Assembly (NCBI GenBank): GCA_043818435.1
Contig: JBDRFU010000063.1
Location: 1-5,758, forward strand
DNA length: 5,758 nt
Source: Candidatus Aenigmatarchaeota archaeon
GTDB taxonomy: Archaea; Aenigmatarchaeota; Aenigmatarchaeia; GW2011-AR5; JACRAC01
Reading direction: 5' to 3'
Part shown: positions 1 to 5,647 of the stretch, piece after piece
Layout: each line of letters opens with the position of its first letter
Numbering within the stretch: the first letter of the stretch is position 1
Translations under genes and position numbers: made by a program
The notes under the pieces: generated by a model
Seen by the model: the letters and a program-made list of their open reading frames with translations, nothing else
What the model was told of the DNA's origin: nothing
Database searches by the model: none

Positions 1-250
1 CGGACTCTGCGCATGTACGGAAACCAACACACCAACATCATCTGCATTATATCCATACTCAGGCTTATCGTAGCCGATCTCCTTTATTGTATTTCTGACA
101 ATATTTTGTATATCAATCCCAGCCTTTGTAGTAACCTCACCAGCAACAACAACAAGACCAGTCGTGACAAGTGTCTCAATAGCAACTCTTGATTCCTTAT
201 CCTGTTTATACAATTCATCCAGAATCGCATCAGAAATCTGGTCACACACT
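1..250 (-). CDS. metK: S-adenosylmethionine synthetase (bacterial/eukaryal MetK type), proposed exon 2; truncated at the window edge
   Basis: Minus-strand translation from 249 down to 1 gives [83 protein letters not shown]. This is collinear with the well-known MetK N-domain (E. coli ...[40 protein letters not shown]...[28 protein letters not shown]). A250 is the third base of the split Lys codon. The frame is closed just upstream by UGA at 252-250, so it cannot be read through from the N-terminal piece. Confidence 0.9.
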
Positions 251-281
251 CAAGACACCTTTGAATGATCATTCAAAGATT
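251..281 (-). other. Putative 31-nt bulge-helix-bulge (BHB) mini-intron in the metK mRNA
   Basis: Hand fold of the minus-sense RNA. Inner helix h': A280-U257, U279.G258, C278-G259, U277-A260, U276-A261, U275-A262, G274-C263, A273-U264, A272-U265, U271-A266, loop GAUC. First 3-nt bulge: A283 A282 A281. Central 4-bp helix: G287.U253, G286-C254, A285-U255, C284-G256. Second 3-nt bulge, on the opposite strand: U252 G251 A250. Outer helix: C288-G249, C289xU248 mismatch, C290-G247, A291-U246, C292-G245. Cleavage after the 2nd nucleotide of each bulge removes 281..251 (31 nt). The joined sequence is GAC AAA GUG UGU GAC CAG = DKVCDQ, which is in frame. The exact junction is ambiguous within the A-run 280-283. 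Confidence 0.6.
259..278. repeat. Perfect 20-bp palindrome CTTTGAATGA|TCATTCAAAG (core of the intron hairpin)
   Basis: Direct reading: plus strand 259-278 equals its own reverse complement. In the RNA it forms an 8-bp stem plus GAUC loop. The in-frame UGA (271-269) that terminates the unspliced exon-1 frame sits at the apex. Confidence 0.95.
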
Positions 282-343
282 TTGTCCGGGTGACCTTCTG
301 TAACACTCTCTGATGTAAACAGAAAATTTCCACGCCGCATCAT
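282..343 (-). CDS. metK: S-adenosylmethionine synthetase, proposed exon 1 (N-terminal 20 codons plus 2 nt)
   Basis: Minus strand ATG ATG CGG... (343-341 and 340-338 are in-frame ATGs) encodes [21 protein letters not shown], the invariant MetK N-terminus (consensus LFTSESVxEGHPDK). If unspliced, the frame continues IFE and stops at UGA 271-269. The start overlaps the stop of the upstream LAGLIDADG ORF (ATGA, 343-340). A GGAGGTG Shine-Dalgarno-like motif lies at 361-355, with rather long spacing to the start. Confidence 0.85.
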
Positions 344-1218
344 ATATTCTCTTGCACCTCCATTTTATTCAAATTATTACTGAAATTTGCAAACTTTCTT
401 TTCAAATAAATGCGGGAATCTTTATAAATCCAATGGGCCAAACACTTACCTCTGGTACAAGAAAACTGCAGACCAAAGGTATTAGAATGTATTCTTCTAC
501 ACCTAGATTTCACGCCAATATGATTGAAAATCACCTTGCTCAATTTCTTCAAAAATCTTTCTGAACCAGAACATATGGAAATCTCAAAATACGGACTCCT
601 TCGTCTATTAACATACCGAACAGTACCATCGCCATCAATAATACCACGAATGAAATGCCTGACATGATCACTCCTAGTTATATTTTCAGGAAACCTCACA
701 ATCATCGATTTTCTAGGAACAACACCTAAATCTATTAACTTCCGACACAATATCTTGCTTGCAACAATAAGACGATAAGAATTGGTATTCTTAGAATATA
801 ATAAAGGTTTTGTACTTCCCATGAGTCCTCTTATTTTTTCCAGGTGAGCTTTGTCCTTGGATGAAGCAGTTATCGTGAGAGACCAATATGACCTACTAGG
901 ATTCCAAGTCACATTACCATCAGCGAAGATGAAACCTAAGATATAAGATGATTCTTCATTGGGATTATCAAAGAACTCTTCATTTACAATATGTTTAATT
1001 GGATGAAAACCAAACTCATCAACACACCACCTGTTCACTGCTGTCTTACCAATACCAAGTTTTCGCGCCATTTCTCGTTGGGATAGTTTGCCCATGTTAG
1101 ATTCTAAGAATTTCAACATTTCTTTCTTTTTATCAGAACTTATTATTATTCCCATAGTATTATTTATATTATGATCACTTAAATATGATGGATGGCCCTC
1201 AAGAAACTCATTCAGCAT
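340..1218 (-). CDS. Free-standing double-motif LAGLIDADG homing endonuclease with an N-terminal helix-turn-helix extension (292 aa)
   Basis: Two LAGLIDADG motifs are present. [11 protein letters not shown] is at aa 92-102 (nt 945-913) and [11 protein letters not shown] at aa 189-199 (nt 654-622), about 97 aa apart, as in monomeric two-domain enzymes. The motif [13 protein letters not shown] is typical of intein/archaeal-type LAGLIDADG domains. An HTH-like segment [21 protein letters not shown] lies at aa 44-64. ATG is at 1218-1216, preceded by AGGTGA (1228-1223) with 4 nt spacing. No Hint/intein splicing blocks flank the ORF. Confidence 0.9.
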   Translation of the reverse strand: MLNEFLEGHPSYLSDHNINNTMGIIISSDKKKEMLKFLESNMGKLSQREMARKLGIGKTAVNRWCVDEFGFHPIKHIVNEEFFDNPNEESSYILGFIFADGNVTWNPSRSYWSLTITASSKDKAHLEKIRGLMGSTKPLLYSKNTNSYRLIVASKILCRKLIDLGVVPRKSMIVRFPENITRSDHVRHFIRGIIDGDGTVRYVNRRRSPYFEISICSGSERFLKKLSKVIFNHIGVKSRCRRIHSNTFGLQFSCTRGKCLAHWIYKDSRIYLKRKFANFSNNLNKMEVQENI

Positions 1219-1226
1219 AAACTCAC

Positions 1227-1520
1227 CTACAACACAATATCATATACCCGATCTCTCTTAACAAGTATCTCACTTTCACCAAATATCTCAGGATATATTT
1301 CTTTCAACAACTCCACGGCAATAGTTCCATGATTATCCGAATAAGAACACGATTTAAACTCGATCCCACTTATTTTTCCTCCACTATTCGGTCTCCATGT
1401 TTGAAACCCATCAAAACCCGAGTTTACTCCGCCAGGATGATACATTACTTTTTTATTACTTCTCATACTATCACTCACCATATTTACCAACAATACTATA
1501 AGAAGACTAGTCATATCCAT
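1227..1520 (-). CDS. Hypothetical 97-aa protein with an N-terminal hydrophobic segment (possible signal or anchor); no family recognised
   Basis: An open frame is the only strong evidence. I prefer ATG at 1520-1518 (MDMTSLLIVLLVNMVS...). The TTG at 1586 used by the ORF track would abut the divergent gene's ATG and remove the promoter region. Its stop TAG (1229-1227) overlaps the SD of the downstream endonuclease gene, which suggests co-transcription. No motif could be assigned to a known family. Confidence 0.4.
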   Translation of the reverse strand: MDMTSLLIVLLVNMVSDSMRSNKKVMYHPGGVNSGFDGFQTWRPNSGGKISGIEFKSCSYSDNHGTIAVELLKEIYPEIFGESEILVKRDRVYDIVL

Positions 1521-1585
1521 ATGCAGATATTCATAAAAATATGCGTATATTAATAGTTTTCTACGATAAGGAATTAGGGTAAACA
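1521..1585. promoter_or_regulatory. AT-rich divergent intergenic region with TATA-like boxes (putative bidirectional archaeal promoter)
   Basis: This 65-bp region lies between the minus-strand ATG (1520) and the plus-strand ATG (1586). ATAAAAATAT (1533-1542) and TATATTAATA (1546-1555) are TATA-box-like. The second is centred about 35 nt upstream of the plus-strand ATG and about 30 nt upstream of the minus-strand ATG, consistent with short-leader or leaderless archaeal transcripts. No transcription start site data are available. Confidence 0.4.
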
Positions 1586-2110
1586 ATGTTTGATATTAGA
1601 AAACTGAAAGAGATACGAAAAAAACAAGGGATAACTCAGAATGAACTAGCCAAACGCTCAGAAGTCAGTCAATCTCTCATAACCAGGATAGAAAATGGTG
1701 AAGTTGACCCATGTTATAGCAAGGTCCAACGCATAATAAACGCACTAGAACAGACATCTAAAGGAAAGATCGAAGAAATCATGACAAAAAAAATCATCGC
1801 TGTAAAACCTTCTGATGAAATAAAAAAGGCCATACGCATAATGAGGAAACGAGGAATATCTCAATTACCTGTCATAGAAAACGATAAAATTATAGGAACT
1901 GTATCCGAGACCGGAGCATCTACCATAATTCAACACAGATCATTAAAATACGTCAGAGAAATAATAGAACCCTCATTACCTACAATGGACAAGAATAGTT
2001 CGATCCAATCGTGCAACGAGCTTCTCAAACACTGTCCAGCTATCATAATCACAAACAATGGCAAGCTATGCGGCATAGTAACAAAAGCCAATCTATTGAA
2101 GTTGATCTAA
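1586..2110 (+). CDS. Transcriptional regulator with an N-terminal XRE/Cro-type HTH and a C-terminal CBS-domain pair (174 aa)
   Basis: The N-terminus LKEIRKKQGITQNELAKRSEVSQSLITRIENGEVDP is a classic XRE HTH. Two CBS repeats follow: IMTKKIIAVKPSDEIKKAIRIMRKRGISQLPVIENDKIIGTVSE and IIEPSLPTMDKNSSIQSCNELLKHCPAIIITNNGKLCGIVTKANLLK. Its stop TAA (2108-2110) overlaps the next ATG (2110-2112). Confidence 0.85.
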   Translation: MFDIRKLKEIRKKQGITQNELAKRSEVSQSLITRIENGEVDPCYSKVQRIINALEQTSKGKIEEIMTKKIIAVKPSDEIKKAIRIMRKRGISQLPVIENDKIIGTVSETGASTIIQHRSLKYVREIIEPSLPTMDKNSSIQSCNELLKHCPAIIITNNGKLCGIVTKANLLKLI

Positions 2111-2805
2111 TGAAATTCCTCACAGATTATCCAGCAATGATCATCAAAGATTATCTCGTCGTCTCAGACCTACATATAGGCATAACCAAAGGGTTGTATG
2201 ACAAAGGCATATCGATACCGAGCCAGGTTAAAGGAATGATAACCAGAATTCACAAATTAAAGAAAATCGGCAACGCAAAGAACCTAGTCATTCTAGGTGA
2301 CCTCAAACATAGGGTACCTGGGATATCATGGCAGGAAAAGAAAGAAATACCAGAATTTCTATCAAACCTAAAATTCAATAAGATTATACTAATCAAGGGC
2401 AACCATGATGGAAATATAGAAGATCTGATACCAACGAACAAGAAAATCCAAGTCAAGAAGAATCTCATCATCGGAGACTGCTACCTAACACACGGTCATA
2501 TGAATATTGACAAAGATAAGGCCACCCAGATCCAATTTGTCATCATTGGACACAATCAACCACGAATAGCCTTTCAGGATGACATGAAAGCAAAGTATTT
2601 CGAAACTGTATGGATACAAGGATACCTAAAAAACGAAAGAAGAGTAATAATCATACCAGCCTTCAACGAACTCTGTGGCTCAACATTATTCAATAAAAAC
2701 AAGCCAATCGGCCCAATTGCAAAGAATTTGAACTATAAAAAGTCTCATGCATATCTCTTGGACGGAACAGATCTTGGGAAGTTAAACGATTTAAAAAAGG
2801 TGTGA
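2110..2805 (+). CDS. Calcineurin-like metallophosphoesterase (ICC/PdeM-like family that commonly accompanies Lhr helicases), 231 aa
   Basis: Metallophosphoesterase motifs occur in order: VVSDLHIG (DxH), LVILGDLKH (GD), ILIKGNHD (GNHD), LTHGH, IIGHNQP (GH). I prefer the ATG at 2110 (TAATG coupling to the upstream gene) over the track's GTG at 2011. That start would add 33 aa read out of frame over the CBS gene. Confidence 0.85.
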   Translation: MKFLTDYPAMIIKDYLVVSDLHIGITKGLYDKGISIPSQVKGMITRIHKLKKIGNAKNLVILGDLKHRVPGISWQEKKEIPEFLSNLKFNKIILIKGNHDGNIEDLIPTNKKIQVKKNLIIGDCYLTHGHMNIDKDKATQIQFVIIGHNQPRIAFQDDMKAKYFETVWIQGYLKNERRVIIIPAFNELCGSTLFNKNKPIGPIAKNLNYKKSHAYLLDGTDLGKLNDLKKV

Positions 2806-2824
2806 ACATTTATGGTGATACTTT

Positions 2825-5617
2825 ATGAAATTCACAATATTCTCAAAAAAAATGCAGGAACTTATCAAGGAAAAGGGATTCGCTGAACCAACACTAGCCC
2901 AGAAAATGGGAATACCCGAGATCATGAAAGGTAGTGATGTTTTAATAATAGCACCCACCGGCATTGGAAAAACCGAAACCGCCATGCTAGGGTTATTCGA
3001 TAAGATACATCAGGAAAAAACCAAACCAATATCGATTCTATACTTAACACCAATGCGATCATTGAACAGAGATCTTCTATCAAGACTGCATTGGTGGGCT
3101 AAGAAACTGGATCTAGAAATAAGCATTCGGCATGGAGACACCACACAAACAGAAAGGACTTCCCAAAGGGAGTGTCCACCAAACATATTGATATCAACTC
3201 CCGAGAGTCTACAGGCCCTTCTCGTCGGAAAGAGGATGCGAGAGCATATGAAAAACGTCAGGCATGTTGTCATTGACGAAATTCATGAACTAGTTCCAAG
3301 CAAAAGAGGAATCCAACTAGCAGTTGCCCTAGAACGACTTCAAGAACTGACAGGACCACTTCAAAGAATAGGATTGTCAGCAACTATCGGAAACCCTGAG
3401 ATGGTAGCGAAGTTTCTTGGAAAAGCCACAAAGATAATAAGAGCTGATGCAGAAAAAAAATACAATATAAAAATTGAGAATCCAAAACCAAACACAAACG
3501 ACATTCAACTATCCGAGGAGTTGTTTACGAAACCTAACACGATTGCAAGATTAAAAAAACTTCATGAATTGATTCTATCACATAAAAGCGTGCTTATATT
3601 TTCCAATACACGAGAAACTGCAGAGATTCTTTCCTCGAGAATGAGAAGAATTGATAAAGAACTTCGACAGGAAGTCCATCACGGATCTCTCTCGAAAGAA
3701 AAACGCATCACAAGCGAACAGAAGTTCAAAACCGAAGAACTGAAATCTCTGATAGCTACATCATCATTAGAACTTGGTATAGATATAGGCTCAATAGATC
3801 TGGTAATCCAATACCTTTCCCCAAGACAGGTATCTAGAATCGTTCAGAGAGTTGGTCGCTCTGGGCATGGTGTAGGTCTAACCAGTAAGGGAATAATAAT
3901 ATCCGGAGAGGAAGATCTGTTCGAATCATCTGCAATCGCAAAAAATGCAAGAGAAAAGAAAATAGAACAAATACATATCCACGATTCCGCCCTTGATGTT
4001 CTAGCAACACAGGTAATAGGTCTCTGTATGGAATATTATGACATCACTGATGATAAAATCTATCAGATAATAAAACGTGCATACCCGTTCAGAGAATTGA
4101 AACGAAAGGAATTCGATGAAGTGATACGATTCTTAGAATTGTTGAGAATCATATGGATAAACGAATCCACAACCGGGCTTATAATATCAAAACGGAAGAA
4201 AGCCTGGGAGTATTACTTCGAAAACATGAGCATGATTCCTGACTCCAAGAGCTATAGGGTGGTGTCCATAATACAGGGAGAACCCATAGGAACACTGGAC
4301 GCAGAATTCATCTCAGAACACGGTAAACCTGGAGAGAAATTTGTGGTATCAGGCAGAGCCTGGAAGATAATTCAGATCGATGGAGACAAAGTCATAGTCG
4401 AACCCACAGATGATATAGAATCCGCCATACCTGCATGGGAAGGAGAACTCATTCCAGTCCCGTTTGACATAGCCCAGGAAGTTGGTAGAATACGGAAGGA
4501 ACTATCAAAGATCAAGAATGAAGATGAAGAAAAGAAAATAAAAGAGAAATATCAACTAGATAAAAATTCCATAAAAGAAATGATGGAGATAATCGAAAAA
4601 CAAACCAAAAAATCCATTCTACCAACCGATGACACATTCCTAGTAGAATCCTACAAGGACTTCGTAATAATACACTCTTGTTGTGGCTCGCTAATAAACG
4701 ATACCATAGGACGATATCTAGCAGCCATGATAACAGCAAAAACAGGAGTAGCGGTCAACCTGAAAATAGATCCATACAGAATAATGATTCAGACAACTGC
4801 CACACTAGATGATATAGTAAAAGAACTGAAAGAAATCGACGACATGAAAAAGGTTCTTGAGATCGCTCTTGAACGATCATCATTATTCAAACATAGATTC
4901 ATGCAAGTCGCTAAGAGATTTGGTATAGTCTCAAGGAGAACACAATTCGAAAGGATAGGTGTTGGTAAGATAATATCACAATATGAAAATTCTCCTGTCT
5001 TCAAAGAAACCCTCAAAGAGATATTTGTAAATAAAATGGATATAACTGGGGCCAATAGAGTCATGAAAATGATAAAGAACGGTGATATCAAACTCAAGAT
5101 AAAAACCGGTGGGGATGTGAGCTATCTAGGAGAACTCGGACTCATCCACCAGTTCTCAGAAGTTATGAAACCAAAGATACCAAACCAGGAGATATTCAAT
5201 GCATTCAAAAAGAGATTGCTATGCACGCGTGTCAGACTGTTATGTATCCATTGCGCTGATTATAATCTTGTAAAGGAAGTACGCGATATTGAAGAACAAC
5301 CCGAATGCCCAAAATGCGGTTCTCGTCTAATAGGTATCGCACACAAGAACCAAGACATCACACGTATTCTTAAGAAACGTATCAAGAAAAAAGAACTTAC
5401 ACCAGAAGAACTCAGGGAATTCGAGAATCTAACCCGCTCTGCAGATCTTGTTATGGTGTATGGAAAAAAATGTATCATGGTTTTAGCAGGACGTGGCATC
5501 GGTCCAGAAACCGCAGCGCGAATCCTTTCGCACCTTCATCCAGACCAAGAAAAACTTCTGCGCGACGTACTTGAGGCAGAGAAAACGTTTGCGAGAACAA
5601 GTGTGTACTGGAAATAG
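2825..5617 (+). CDS. lhr: Lhr-type superfamily-2 DExH ATP-dependent helicase (930 aa) with a DEAD/H-associated domain and a C-terminal zinc ribbon
   Basis: Helicase motifs: motif I APTGIGKT (nt 2951-2974), YLTPMRSLNRD, RHGDTTQTER, ILISTPESL, motif II DEIH (nt 3275-3286), LSATIGN, FSNTRETAE, HHGSLSKEKR, ATSSLELGIDIG, and motif VI QRVGRSGH. The Lhr-associated region LPTDDTFLVESYKDFVIIHSCCGSLINDTIGRYLA follows. A CxxC...CPxCG zinc ribbon (CIHCADY...CPKCGS) lies near the C-terminus. GGTGAT SD is at 2814-2819, 5 nt before the ATG. Confidence 0.95.
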   Translation: MKFTIFSKKMQELIKEKGFAEPTLAQKMGIPEIMKGSDVLIIAPTGIGKTETAMLGLFDKIHQEKTKPISILYLTPMRSLNRDLLSRLHWWAKKLDLEISIRHGDTTQTERTSQRECPPNILISTPESLQALLVGKRMREHMKNVRHVVIDEIHELVPSKRGIQLAVALERLQELTGPLQRIGLSATIGNPEMVAKFLGKATKIIRADAEKKYNIKIENPKPNTNDIQLSEELFTKPNTIARLKKLHELILSHKSVLIFSNTRETAEILSSRMRRIDKELRQEVHHGSLSKEKRITSEQKFKTEELKSLIATSSLELGIDIGSIDLVIQYLSPRQVSRIVQRVGRSGHGVGLTSKGIIISGEEDLFESSAIAKNAREKKIEQIHIHDSALDVLATQVIGLCMEYYDITDDKIYQIIKRAYPFRELKRKEFDEVIRFLELLRIIWINESTTGLIISKRKKAWEYYFENMSMIPDSKSYRVVSIIQGEPIGTLDAEFISEHGKPGEKFVVSGRAWKIIQIDGDKVIVEPTDDIESAIPAWEGELIPVPFDIAQEVGRIRKELSKIKNEDEEKKIKEKYQLDKNSIKEMMEIIEKQTKKSILPTDDTFLVESYKDFVIIHSCCGSLINDTIGRYLAAMITAKTGVAVNLKIDPYRIMIQTTATLDDIVKELKEIDDMKKVLEIALERSSLFKHRFMQVAKRFGIVSRRTQFERIGVGKIISQYENSPVFKETLKEIFVNKMDITGANRVMKMIKNGDIKLKIKTGGDVSYLGELGLIHQFSEVMKPKIPNQEIFNAFKKRLLCTRVRLLCIHCADYNLVKEVRDIEEQPECPKCGSRLIGIAHKNQDITRILKKRIKKKELTPEELREFENLTRSADLVMVYGKKCIMVLAGRGIGPETAARILSHLHPDQEKLLRDVLEAEKTFARTSVYWK

Positions 5618-5619
5618 CC

Positions 5620-5627
5620 TTTTAAAA
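5620..5627 (+). promoter_or_regulatory. TATA-like box TTTTAAAA upstream of map (probable leaderless or short-leader transcript); the T-run may also act as an lhr terminator
   Basis: TTTTAAAA starts 3 nt after the lhr stop and is centred about 24 nt upstream of the map ATG (5648). No SD-like motif lies between them. This geometry fits archaeal TATA-to-TSS spacing. The call rests on sequence pattern only. Confidence 0.35.
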
Positions 5628-5647
5628 CCTCATCACAATTTCTAATC

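Noticed and set aside
84-272. 62-aa minus-strand ORF from the track ([13 protein letters not shown]...)
   Set aside because: It is an out-of-frame shadow of metK exon 2. The adjacent frame over the same bases gives an unmistakable MetK sequence, and this ORF's Leu/Arg-rich translation has no features of its own.
250-272. Programmed ribosomal frameshift joining the two metK pieces
   Set aside because: The N-terminal frame is closed by UGA 271-269 and the C-terminal frame by UGA 252-250. Two successive -1 shifts through the third frame would be required and would insert about 10 unrelated residues into the catalytic motif. No slippery heptamer is evident.
247-281. Translational bypassing (T4 gene 60-like hop) across the 31-nt gap
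   Set aside because: The stop codon in a hairpin just after the conserved codons and the SD-like AGGUG in the gap are reminiscent of a hop. However, there is no matching take-off and landing codon pair. AUC (280-278) or GAA (274-272) as take-off versus GUG (249-247) as landing do not match, and landing on GAG 251-249 gives the wrong frame. The BHB fold explains the gap better.
1-343. metK as a plain insertion-inactivated pseudogene or assembly artefact
   Set aside because: Not excluded, but disfavoured. Both exon pieces are otherwise intact and highly conserved across the 343 nt visible. The insert length, fold and canonical cleavage register restore the frame exactly. Read-level data and transcripts are needed to settle this.
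340-1586. Degenerate intein (ORF97 as N-extein plus Hint fragment, followed by the LAGLIDADG domain)
   Set aside because: CSYSDN and RVYDI in ORF97 vaguely recall intein blocks. However, there is no TxxH block B and no C-terminal HN block. The two ORFs are in different frames separated by stops (TAG 1229-1227; TGA in the HEG frame 8 codons upstream of its ATG). The segment is also far too short for a Hint domain.
1521-1586. TTG start at 1586 for the minus-strand small ORF (119-aa version in the track)
   Set aside because: It would place the start back-to-back with the divergent ATG and leave no promoter. The added 22 residues (FTLIPYRRKLLIYAYFYEYLH) look like translated AT-rich intergenic DNA. 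ATG at 1520 is more plausible.
2011-2109. GTG-initiated 33-aa N-terminal extension of the metallophosphoesterase
   Set aside because: It overlaps the 3' end of the CBS gene out of frame. The ATG at 2110 in a TAATG stop-start overlap gives a protein that begins just before the first metallophosphoesterase motif (DLH).
352-5499. Other track ORFs antisense to the called genes (352-564+, 1329-1553+, 2250-2471-, 2791-2985-, 3010-3273-, 4512-4739-, 4789-5097-, 5260-5499-)
   Set aside because: All lie wholly inside, and antisense to, strongly supported genes. Their translations are low-complexity (Leu/Ser/Phe/Ile-rich) with no motifs, which is typical of shadow ORFs in AT-rich DNA.
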